A stretch of DNA of 63,036 nucleotides, counting the filler, from Reticulomyxa filosa (lineage: Eukaryota > Protista > Foraminifera), in NCBI GenBank assembly GCA_000512085.1. It is 24 parts of 24 records of this genome, joined end to end, with 100 filler letters (N's around TTAATTAATTAA, not from the genome) between each part and the next. Parts side by side here need not be neighbours in the genome. Positions count along the whole stretch, not along the records: positions 10,788 to 12,350 come from ASPP01003754.1; positions 12,451 to 14,007 come from ASPP01034972.1; positions 14,108 to 17,137 come from ASPP01041124.1; positions 17,238 to 19,080 come from ASPP01049610.1; positions 19,181 to 21,933 come from ASPP01020036.1; positions 22,034 to 24,766 come from ASPP01035268.1; 18 more parts are not named here. One strand, 5' to 3'. The notes below the pieces were generated by a model. The model was not told the DNA's origin and ran no database searches. It saw only the letters and a program-made list of their open reading frames with translations. The position numbers were made by a program, and so were the translations under genes. Below, one piece after another: positions 11,171-22,339 of the stretch (position 1 is the first letter of the stretch; the number at the start of each line of letters is the position of its first letter).

Positions 11171-13239
11171 TAATATCAGCTTCTTATTGCGCACGAAATC
11201 AAATCGTGGAATGCGGCAGCGGTATCCAAATATTGGCACACTCAATACCAGTACAATGTGTCGAAACCATTGACAAAAGAGAAAGAGGGCATAGACTGTG
11301 TTTCTTCGTTGCCACCATAAGTATCAATTGTACTGCGCTTGAACATTGCCACATCAGTTAAGAAGCTTCTTTGGGGGCGCAATATGTGAAATTAGTCCAT
11401 GCATAAAAGCGCGCAAAGCCGTCACTCGAGGGTGTGAATAGCCCATTTTCTAACTAAAGTAAGTTGATGGATGGTCTTTTTTCTTTTAAAACAAATCCAA
11501 CGCGGTATCCTCGACATCTTCTTTCTATTTATCATTCTCCTCATCTCTTGTTTGCTGGTGATGTTGGCTTGGAGTTTTGCATCAAATTGAGCCCCAATGA
11601 TGGTGTGCGCACTCGACCGCCATGCGTGATTACGTATTTCCTAAACGTCCACTTCTTCTTTACCTTGCACTTCTTCGGCCAATTCAGTCGCTGCTATCGT
11701 TGCGAACCGCAATATCGATATCATTTCATTTTCATTTTGCGCGCTATTACACGTTTTTTTTCTTCGTTTCTTCTTGACAAACTTGCCTTTGTAGTCGAAC
11801 AGCACCAAGATTCAGATCGTCGGCGATTAACTGGAGAATTTTTTTGCACGCATTTGCTGTTATTCTTCTTTTTTGCTTCTTGAATGCCCATCCAATACGT
11901 CGCCAGTGGTCAATAGTCGATCCAGTAGGCAGTTCGGTAAATATAACAGGTATTGGTTACATAAACACAAGGCACACAGTTCTTGCAGTAATGGAGTCGC
12001 AAAATGCAACAAGCGTTATCTATTCACGAATCATTGATGCTTAATGTTGTCTGCGATTTTACCATTCCTCACATCAACACGCACACGATTCAAATCCAAA
12101 ACTTGCGCATGTGCGTACGCACACAACCAGTTTCAATTATTGTTCGAGTTGATAAAATTAGCGCTATATTTCCACTACGACCAAGTTTTCATTGTTCGTT
12201 CGTTAGCACCAACCAGTAGCTCGAAATCGACACCATCTTTGCGGCTAATTGTTGGCGTGGTACAGCGCAGAGACTTGTGTCTGTTTACGTTGATTGTAAA
12301 CAAGTTCTTTGCAATACTTCGTGCCACCACTGCTAGACATTGCCTATTTGNNNNNNNNNNNNNNNNNNNNNNNNNNNNNNNNNNNNNNNNNNNNTTAATT
12401 AATTAANNNNNNNNNNNNNNNNNNNNNNNNNNNNNNNNNNNNNNNNNNNNCATCAGACAAAGCCAACTTGAAACACGCTTTGCAGCCACAAATTTGACGG
12501 CGATTTCGCACTCACGTTGCTATGTCCGACAATGGATTTATCTTTGTGTTGAGTGTCCAAGGCGGTGTCACCTTCGTCGTGGCATTCCTCTCAGTCCGAA
12601 TTATCGCAAATGTCCAATGTGTTGTCAATTTTGACAATAGTGATTGCGTCCATGACACTTTGGTAGCAAGGCATCCCTGAGCTTGTTATCGTCATTTCTC
12701 GTGAAATACGTGTCAGTATTCCCCTAGTACGACTCGCCCCTCTGTTGCTCGAGCAACGTCGATTGCAACCTGCTCGTCCATGTTTTCTCCGTGTTTGCGA
12801 CGTCACACGCTCTGGTTGCATGCAGTTGCTGTTGGATATTAGCAATCCCAAATCCGAAAATTCCACTTTTCGACGCTTGGAAGGCGTTGGTCTGATATTG
12901 CCATCATTGCTCTCTTCAGCTAATGCAAATAGCAACAATAATCACAACAATTGACAATAAGAAGAAGTTGCAAAGCGAGAGAGCTCTTTTGGATCCGGTT
13001 ATGCAAAGATGAAGATGCAATGTCTGGGACAGTGCAGCACTAGGTGCTGGAATGAGATTGAAAACTGCCATTACGTCAAGGACAAAGGAGTGCTATTGGC
13101 CATTGTTGAATGGCTTGTCTGCGGATTGACCGGCATCACAAAATCGGATCGGCAATTTCCGACGGGGGATTTGTTTGCAGCTCTCTCGTTCGGCCAAAGT
13201 CAAGTATTTTGAATTTGTGTGTCTTGCAGTGCAACCTGA

Positions 13240-13273
<34 letters not shown>
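13240..13273. repeat. (GCTGTT)n hexanucleotide microsatellite
   Basis: TGCTGTTGCTGTTGCTGTTGCTGTTGCTGTTGC seen directly. Confidence 0.9.
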
Positions 13274-14107
13274 AGTATGTAATGGCATCCGACATGAAAG
13301 ACTTCCAATGATCCCATCTGATGTCCCGTGCGATATGCAAATTGCATCTGCTGCTGTTGCTCTCATCATCACCATTACTATCATTACCACCGCCATCACT
13401 ATTATTGCTGCCACTGCTACTACCAGGAACATTCTTTCGATTCGAAACATTGTCCATGTTTTGGATATTCATGTGTGTTCCAAGTGAATGCAAAAATTTG
13501 CCCCAGTTGATTTGTGTCAATTTCTCAAAATCTTTTGCTAACACATATTCACACTACTGTAATCTCTTGCATTCTTATTCCAATGTTCACAATCAAATCA
13601 TGTCGCAACAATTCTATCAGATTATCATCCTTTGATTCTATCACATACCCAAATCATGTTTTCTCCTTTTGTCTCTTGTCCACACGAACACGGATGTAAA
13701 TCGTTGCCAACCAACAAACAGTGCTGTTGTTCTCACAGTACCGTCTAAAGCACTTAAGTTCAGTGAATCTAGGCCCTGCATCATGTTGTCGAGCAGCGCA
13801 AACCAAAAAAAACTAATAGTAAGATCTAATATAGCTTCGTTACTCTCAATCCTAGGGGGAGAGTTTCAAAAAATTGTTTCTTTGGCTTGCGGTCCGTCTG
13901 CTTTGTTGACACTTTCATTTGTTAATTATATCAAAAAAAGTAATTGAATACTAGCTTACTCTTCAAATGACACTCTATCTCTAACATTTATCACTTTCAA
14001 AGTACGTNNNNNNNNNNNNNNNNNNNNNNNNNNNNNNNNNNNNNNNNNNNNTTAATTAATTAANNNNNNNNNNNNNNNNNNNNNNNNNNNNNNNNNNNNN
14101 NNNNNNN

Positions 14108-14625
14108 AAAATACAACAAAGTTGGAGCACCTTTCATTGAGGTACGTACGCTGGGATGGAGTCTTGGCAATGCCAGAACCATTACTATCGCTGGGATACT
14201 TCCCGGATACAAATGCCTCCAATGACATACTGGATTTTCGGGTATGCAAACGATTGCATCAAATTCAAACACGATTGAATGAAAATTGCAATCGTGCAAT
14301 TGCTTTTTTGAACCAAGTACGACATTTGACAAGCGTTTTTTGTGTTGCGTTTGAGAACATTCGACAACATCAAAAGTGGCTTTCAGAAGTCGAGTTGAGT
14401 ACGCTAGAAACATGGGATGGAAACAACACCAACCATAAAAATTTCAAGGTCATCATTAATCCTGACGATTTGATTCTAAATCCTATCATCATACGAATAT
14501 TTCCCATCCGTATTGAAAGGTTTTTCCCTCGTGACTCATTCGATTTTTTGGATTGTCCCTTTTGGTCAAAAGAAGCTATTGAATTTATTCAAATGACAAA
14601 GCACCGTAAACTTTTGCTAAGATAA
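14108..14625 (+). CDS. Hypothetical protein, C-terminal part
   Basis: Open frame of >165 codons with ordinary amino-acid composition, ending in TAA at 14625 followed by AT-rich 3' sequence. No recognisable domain. Confidence 0.45.
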
Positions 14626-14753
14626 ATTAGTTATTAACAAGTGTTTTCAGAAAAGAATTCATTTATGTTACTTTTTCTTTTGCTTGATTACTTCAATTTT
14701 TATTTAAGTTTTTACATAATCATTCAATTTGTAAATTAATTCAATAGCAACAT

Positions 14754-14796
14754 TGTGGGGTGTCTACTGTAGAGTATAATAGGGGCTTGCCCTACA
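14754..14796. mobile_element. 43-bp mini-element with TGT...ACA ends and a 4-bp target-site duplication (ACAT)
   Basis: ACAT|TGTGGGG...ATAGGGGCTTGCCCTACA|ACAT, with imperfect terminal inverted repeat TGTGGGG/CCCTACA. The same right end occurs at 26341-26358. Confidence 0.6.
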
Positions 14797-15227
14797 ACAT
14801 GATGCTCATTATAACATTTATTATTTTCGCATTTAAATTGCGAAGTAGTAAATGACAGTTGATCAACTTTTTTTCGTACTATCATTTTTGATTAGGTGAA
14901 TATATAGAACGTGTATAAAGACAAAAAAGAAAAAATAAATTTTTAAACAAATCACAACACTCATAAACTACAATCATTGAGGCTAACGAGATAATATGAA
15001 ATTTACATCAATAAGAAATAAAATAAAAAAAAAAAAAATAAAATTTTTATCGTAATATATCGTAGTAGTTTCTGTTCCAGCTTCTTAAGTTTTTCAAGAT
15101 ATATCGTGGTTTAATCTTTGATCTAGATTAAGTATCGCGATATAGTGATCAGGAAAATTCCCGGAACACTACATTTTTGGATTGTGCTGTTAACGTTCCT
15201 GGAACACTACAAGTTTGTGGTGTTGAA

Positions 15228-16865
15228 ATGGCAAGCACAAAGTCGGATTATAATAATGACCCAAGTGAAAATTACCGTAGAAATGTAGGTAGAATACGTT
15301 GGGATCATAATGAGAACGAAAACGTTCCAGCATTGGAACATATGAACACTGATCAAGATGATTTTCATTTACCTAACCAACGACGTCCATCAATCGACCT
15401 TTCATCACCTTATTATGGCAAGCAAAAAAGACAAAGACCAGATGACGATGATGACAAAGAAAATGATCAAATGCAAAGAACCAAGAAAATTCGTATGAAC
15501 TCTGACATTGGATTACAAGTATCTCTATCACTGAACAATAGTGATGAACGAAAAGAAGAATTGAATGATAAAAATATTTGGAAGAAAAGCAGAAAAATTA
15601 GAAGAGAATATTTCTGCAATAAGCTTCCCACACTGGTTGTTACACCAGTAAATGGCATATCATTTAAATCCCAAACATCGGTATTGAAATTATTTGGGCA
15701 AAATGGAAAGAACATCAAAGTCCATACTTTTTCGACAACATGGAGAACAATGTATGTGCACTTTGATGTCAAGACATCAGTCGAAAGGCTCCAGGAGATT
15801 GCTAATTCATTCAACCAATTGCAACAAGAAAATATGGAAGAACCAAAAAGCTCAGAACCAGAATCAGAAAAAAAGAAACCACAAAGAATCATGGCGTGTT
15901 CTGTTTTTAGCGCGAACTACGCGAAATTTCAAAAAGAAAAAAGATCACAAGATGTCAAAAATCCAGATATCAATAGATTTGTATTATTGAAAAATGTATC
16001 ACTTCGAGAAAGTGAAACAGAAATATTAGAGACATTGAAAGAGCAAAATCTAAATGTGGAAAAGGTAGAGCGCTTCAAAGGTCTGCCAATGGTAAAGGTG
16101 CTGTTTTCAAACTCGCAAGACGTGCGTCAAGTGCTGCAGGGAGGATCAATTCAAATTGGTTTTGAACTTGCATCATGCGAGCCATTTGACCAAAATCGCA
16201 ATCGCCCAAAGTCACATTTTCGTCAATGCAGAAAATGCTTTGGATTAAATCATTATGCCAAGGAATGCACAAAGAAACAGAAATGCAAATATTGTGGAAA
16301 AGTAAATCATAAATCAGAAAATTGTTTCCACAAACGCAAGCAAAGCAAATACAAATGCATATTGTGTCATGGAAAACATCCAAGTGACTCTATATTGTGT
16401 CCTGTCATTCAAAAAGTACGAAAGGACATTGGAGTCAATCTATCAAGAAAAGAAAAACATATTATCTTGAAGAAAGAACAAAAAGGAAATTCGAATGAAA
16501 ACAAAATTGGAAACAATTCGAACAACATCCAAATATTATCAAAAAATAAAGAGTCAAAACCAACAAAAAAATTAGAGGCTCCAAAGCTTATTAATTCAGA
16601 GCCAAATGGTGATGGAAAAAATAAAAAAAATGAGATCAATAAGATAAGTAAAAACCAAAATCAGAGTCAAAACAGACAACAGGACAATAACCAAAACAAC
16701 GACGCCAATGAAATTTCTCAATTACGGAAGGAAATCGCCGATCTTCGTTCAATTGTGAAACAGCTTTCAGATTCACTCCAAAAATTGGCTCCATTACTTC
16801 AGACTCAGAAAAATGAAAAAGGAAATATCAGCCAAAAAACCAGCGACATGGAATTTGATCAATGA
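15228..16865 (+). CDS. LINE ORF1 nucleic-acid-binding protein (RRM-like region plus three CCHC zinc knuckles)
   Basis: First ATG at 15228. RFVLLKNVSLRESETEILETL..MVKVLF..IQIG precedes CRKCFGLNHYAKEC, CKYCGKVNHKSENC and CILCHGKHPSDSILC, then a C-terminal coiled coil. Confidence 0.9.
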   Translation: MASTKSDYNNDPSENYRRNVGRIRWDHNENENVPALEHMNTDQDDFHLPNQRRPSIDLSSPYYGKQKRQRPDDDDDKENDQMQRTKKIRMNSDIGLQVSLSLNNSDERKEELNDKNIWKKSRKIRREYFCNKLPTLVVTPVNGISFKSQTSVLKLFGQNGKNIKVHTFSTTWRTMYVHFDVKTSVERLQEIANSFNQLQQENMEEPKSSEPESEKKKPQRIMACSVFSANYAKFQKEKRSQDVKNPDINRFVLLKNVSLRESETEILETLKEQNLNVEKVERFKGLPMVKVLFSNSQDVRQVLQGGSIQIGFELASCEPFDQNRNRPKSHFRQCRKCFGLNHYAKECTKKQKCKYCGKVNHKSENCFHKRKQSKYKCILCHGKHPSDSILCPVIQKVRKDIGVNLSRKEKHIILKKEQKGNSNENKIGNNSNNIQILSKNKESKPTKKLEAPKLINSEPNGDGKNKKNEINKISKNQNQSQNRQQDNNQNNDANEISQLRKEIADLRSIVKQLSDSLQKLAPLLQTQKNEKGNISQKTSDMEFDQ

Positions 16866-17137
16866 ATGATTTGATTATTTTCCAAAATAATGTCAACGGT
16901 TTTTATTCAAAAGCCCAGCTGCTGGAGCAAAATCTTCATGCAGCTCAACCACACATATGTCTCCTTCAGGAATGTTTCCGGTCGGAGAAAAAGAACAGAG
17001 CCATAAGTAGTAACCAATTCCAAAACTTTTATAACCAATTCTGGAGTGAAACAGGAAGGACATCCATCTTGTGCAGACGTGATCTACATGCTACTCAAAG
17101 ATTCTTTGTATCCCATCAAAATAAATTCATTACATTA
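16862..17137 (+). CDS. LINE ORF2, N-terminus of the APE-like endonuclease (partial)
   Basis: MNDLIIFQNNVNGF...PHICLLQEC are the endonuclease motifs I and II. The start overlaps the ORF1 stop as ATGA. Confidence 0.85.
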
Positions 17138-17237
17138 NNNNNNNNNNNNNNNNNNNNNNNNNNNNNNNNNNNNNNNNNNNNTTAATTAATTAANNNNNNN
17201 NNNNNNNNNNNNNNNNNNNNNNNNNNNNNNNNNNNNN

Positions 17238-18520
17238 GCAATACATAACAAACGTTGGAATATTGCTCGTTATTGCATTGAACAAGGTGCATGGATTGAT
17301 ATCAGTATGAGGTGTATTAGATGAAATCATTCCACAAACTCCTTTTGAATATATGATTGATAATAAAATGGACAAAGAACAATACTCAGAAATGATGAAA
17401 TTTTGTAAATGGATGTTAAGAAAACGAACAATGTATCCAATGAAGCAAATTGAATATGTAATTGACTATATCAAAGACAAATTAATTGATGAAGATAGTT
17501 TAGTAAAGCTATTGATAGTGAAAGTTGTCAGATATTGTTACAAGAAGGTGCAACTTTCTTATTAGGGATGGATCAAAAAGAATTACAAAAAATGTTAATT
17601 AATAATATACTTTATTGAGCAGTTGATCGAAATGTAATATCCATTGAAACCAAAGATTTGATGGAGGATGGCATGTAATGACATTTCTAAGATATCGAAT
17701 ATTTTTATTATTTGAAAAATGTGTTCAATTGAAACGAGAAGGGAAACGTTATATTGAATTACAAAAAAAGAACACAACATTTGAACAAGTTTACGAAAAA
17801 GGATTAAAAGAATTACAAGTACAATTGACAACATATTGGGATTATATTATAGCCATGAGACTTCATTACATCTGTCCAGATTTACTTGATGATTGGAGTC
17901 GGAATATGGTGGATCGTTTAACACCAATATCATCCAAGAATGAATATTTTGAAATGAATTTAGTGATTGGTCATGAAGATCATTCCATTTATTTGGGTTT
18001 GTGTAAAACATCTATTCATATTTTGATTCGAATTGACAATCGATTGATGAAAACTATTCCATCTGATACTCATTTAAATAAGATTGAATCAACAAGAAAT
18101 AAGGATTGTACATTAATAAAGCCTTATTTAGTTGTATACTTTCCATGTACGATATAAATGTCAAACATAAAGAATGTTTGAAAAATTATATCAAAGATGC
18201 ATTTATATTGAGAAGTAATAAAATTAATGAGGTTATGAAACATTAATATTGCAGTAATATCTTCCATTGTAAAGGAAAACTGTCATCAATTGTAAAGAAT
18301 TGGCCATATCGTCCTGCTCAAGGCAATACAGAAAATTGTTATTTGCGAAATCATAATATTGAATATCGAATTCGGTTGGGTGATATCATTTATGAATGGT
18401 TTCGTAATCGAGAAGGTGAAAGTTTTGAATAAGTATGGGTGAAAGTTATTGAACAAAGGATATCTGAAATTATTATTTTATGTTATCCTACAATTTCAAA
18501 GCAAGATTTATTATTTGAAT
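17238..18520 (+). pseudogene. Decayed coding sequence of an unidentified protein family
   Basis: Successive protein-like segments (17353-17565, 17678-18157, and ..LRNHNIEYRIRLGDIIYEWFRNREGESFE*VWVKV) are broken by stops and frameshifts. Confidence 0.5.
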
Positions 18521-19180
18521 AAAAAGTATTATAGAAAGAAAAATTTTTGTTTCAATATTTGCATTGTCTGTCAAAGTTTTTGTGTTATTGTTGTCAAACG
18601 AATTTCATTTTTATGACACTGGAATACCATAGCTGTCTTTCTCCAAAAGAGGGCATACATTAAAGTGTGCCATTGCATCCGTCCACATTTATTTTGAAAA
18701 ATTGAAGTGAGTGTAATAAGAAAACAAATCATCACTTCGAACGTGGTATACTTTTTTTTTAGTTGTATTATTTACGCCTTCTCAAGATACTGACTCAATT
18801 CCAATTTTAAAATTCGTTTTCACATTTTATTGTGAGAGTTGCAAGAGTGAGTGCGATTGAAGTGTAATGCGAATGAAATTTTTTTTTGTATCAATACACA
18901 TCTTGTCTCCTAACATGGCAACATATTTTTATTGGTGATGACCAAATCAGAATCATTCAATTCCTATCCAAAAACTGTTAAGCGGAGGTCCACGCCATAT
19001 TACTGCACACTCAATCATTTCTGGAGAGTATCAATAGGATGTATTTCACTCCTTTCAAAGCATTACCATATGTTCCACTTNNNNNNNNNNNNNNNNNNNN
19101 NNNNNNNNNNNNNNNNNNNNNNNNTTAATTAATTAANNNNNNNNNNNNNNNNNNNNNNNNNNNNNNNNNNNNNNNNNNNN

Positions 19181-21933
19181 CTTCTTCTTTTTCTTCTTCT
19201 TTTTCTTCTTCTTTTTCTTCTTTGGAGTCATTATCCATTCTTTGCAACTCTTTGCATTTTTGAACAATGTCACGAATGTGAGTTCTGTCAATACCTCCAT
19301 GGATATCCACTGCTACCAACTGAACATCTACTGCACATGCAAGATATTTTATCAATGCTGTTTTTCCACATCCTCTATTTTTTGTGTTTTTTTTGTTTGG
19401 TTGCTTGTCAAATAGTTTGTGTTAGACTTCACTAAAAAAAAGTATACAACGACGTAACGTTTCTCCCATCAAAACGACCTGTCAACAAAAAAGACAACCC
19501 AACGAATTAAACAATCAAACAAACAATGTACACTCAAAGATATGAATTCTTTTTTGTTGTATTGTCGAAGCATTGCATTGAAAAAGGTAACACATACCGG
19601 GAGGCCTGATCGAATTTTAACAAGGATAGCCAACATTTTCAAAATGTTGTCATAGGTCAATACATAATGTTTGAAATTTTTATCACATTTATGTTGGATA
19701 TTCTGTTTCTTTTTTTCTGGGACATTAACAGTACGAAACAGCAAATCCATTCTTTTTTCTTTTTCTTGTCCACTCCATGTGTTATTACCTTCCTGCTCCC
19801 AAGCGATAGCAGGACAGCCCTTATTTTTTAAAGGATCCAATTTCCTGTTATTCAACTGATTATTTCTCGCAGCCAGCAAGGAAAGGCTTCCTATTTCCAT
19901 ATATTGAAACATTGATCAAAATTTTTAAAAGAGTTAATGCAAAAAAATTGTGAAAAAAAAAGCACACAAAAGTGCATACCATCTTGATTAACCAGATATA
20001 ACAATTCGTTGGACTTTTTCCATTTTTCACACAAATAAAATTGTGATGTATACATTGTCCTTGTATCTTCTTCATTGTATGAATAAAAACACAAATCTTT
20101 GGCAAATTCAATTGCACACTTTGTCGCTTCGTGCCGAAATGGAGCACATTCGTTCAAAAGAAATTGTGAGTTGGCCAATATTTTAAATTGTGTGGACAAA
20201 TAATTGAAGAACATTTTAACGTGCCACAGGCTCAATGATCTTAATCGAGGGAAATAATTGCGCATAAATTCAGTGATCTCTGTGAAATCCAAATTAGATC
20301 TGTTTTCAATACTAATATCTGAGGGTTGGGCAGCTCCTTGTTGAACAATGTTTCTGAAAATATTTACCATAAGACTGGGTTGTCTATTATTTGAATTTTT
20401 TATTTATTTTCAATCAAAGACACCAATAAACCTCGAAAGCTACGTTTTTGCTGTTGAAAATTTTTCAAAACTCAAATTTTCCGGCGAAAAATTCCTTCAT
20501 CCATTTAATACTGAATTGGCCTTTGTCTCCAATATCGAATGAAGGAGATTCCGATTGCACCGGAAATCGCATTTTGAAAAATAAGGTATAAAAAAAATTG
20601 TGTGATGTGTCCGAAAATGAATCGATTTTGGAAGGGATTTCAATAAAAAAGATCATGTTTGGATTGACATGGAAACTGCAATTCACAGTGTCAATATGTT
20701 GCAAATACAACAATTGAAAAAAGAAATCGTTGATATCTTTATCAACACAAGAGGATACATCAATATGATACACAATCCAATTGTCTTTCGAATATTTGAG
20801 ATCGTTCACCCTTTTTCCCACATTAAAAATAGCTTCTTGGGATGCATTATTTAATTGACATGGATGATATTTCCATAATGTTTTAACAATTTCTTCCCAA
20901 TCGATGTCACTACTATTCAAACGTATGCAATAGCTTTGTACTTTGTTTGTCTTCTTTCGCAAATTTTGAATATCTTGCTGGATTTTCCAAGTCTTGCCCA
21001 TACCGATCTTTGTAGATTCATATAACTGTACTTGATAAATTGGACGGCCTGGTATATCTGTAAGGAGTACGTTTACTTGTTGTAAATACAAAGCTTCGTA
21101 AATATCAAATGGGTGACTGCTCACTTCAGAGATATTCTGTTCAAATTCTCGTAAGATGTAAGATAATGGATTGTCACGATTAGAAGATACCACTGCGAAC
21201 AAATACAAGCGTGCATGTTGAGATCTTGATGGCTCCAAGAAGAGTTTTTGAAAAAGACTTACTACTTTCTCCAATGTTCTTGTTTGTAATTTTTCTGGCC
21301 AAACTAAACAATACAATGGTGTCTTGACATTTATATCTCCCATTGCGTTCACATATAATAATGCTCTCAATATTAAACACTCTACTTCTTCCTCCGTTGT
21401 TATTTCCTTGCATAAGAGGATATGCTCAGAACGAGGTATCAATCCAATAGATTCATATAACTTCAACACTGAAAACAATTTATTATTATTATTGGCAATG
21501 ATCAAATTGGGCTTCCCTGATAACATGGAAAAGGAATTGGATGCTTTTCATTGTTTTTGATTTCATCCAAAATTTGGAAAAGATTCGTCCAAGCTCATGT
21601 AATGATCGCATATCTTCACTACTCTTATGTTTCCATTCATGTAATATTTGGGATGCATCCTGTATTTGATAGTCTAATCTTTGTAAGAAAGGAACAATAT
21701 ACTTGGATGATAATATATCCCAATATTGAGTTTCATTTGCTACAATATACTCCAAATCTTTAACCAATTGTTGCATTTCATTCATTGTGAAATATGTTAA
21801 ACATGGATATGTATGTCGCAATTCAATACAATCCTTATTCCATTGATTCAATGTTTTAATCCACTTATTTTTTTGGCTTTGAAAGATAGAAATGGGATCA
21901 TTTGCTGGTAATACCAGTTTGTCTCGGAATGAA
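19181..21933 (-). CDS. RNF213 (mysterin)-like dynein-related AAA+ ATPase, internal fragment
   Basis: GKPNLII, EEEVECLILRA, STKIGMGKT, VYHIDVSS..DFFFQLL, YVLTYDNILKMLAILVKIRSGLP|VVLMGET|GCGKTALIKYLA..DIHGG. These match the recalled RNF213-family pattern LT.DN.LK..I..R....PV..MGETGCGKT. Intron donors at 20471, 19979, 19597 and 19458. One extra A near 21545. Confidence 0.85.
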
Positions 21934-22339
21934 NNNNNNNNNNNNNNNNNNNNNNNNNNNNNNNNNNNNNNNNNNNNTTAATTAATTAANNNNNNNNNNN
22001 NNNNNNNNNNNNNNNNNNNNNNNNNNNNNNNNNACTGTATAACAAGTGGAACAGAAAACTTAGCGGATCAGATAATAAACTGAAGAAGCAAATAAATGAA
22101 GAATTATCAAGTGGTGGATTAACAAGCAGAAAAAGAATATCCGAAGCAGAAAGCAGAAGGTCGAAAACATCAACAATAAGTGTGCATACGGTATCAGAAA
22201 GTCAAACCGAGATTTGAAGAAAAACAAATAGTAGGTCGAAATCACCGAAAGATCAAGAAGAAAATCAGAGAAACAGATGATCGTCAAGAAGCGAAAGAGA
22301 AAGAGGTATATCAAAAAATTGAAGTCAGCGGCGAAGCAG

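Larger units (their letters stand above)
15050..17137 (+). mobile_element. APE-type non-LTR retrotransposon (LINE), 5' half: 5'UTR, ORF1 and start of ORF2 (truncated by contig end; 5' boundary approximate)
   Basis: Intronless gag-like ORF1 with three zinc knuckles is followed at once by an endonuclease ORF2. GGAACACTACA is repeated at 15163 and 15201 upstream of the ATG. Confidence 0.9.
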
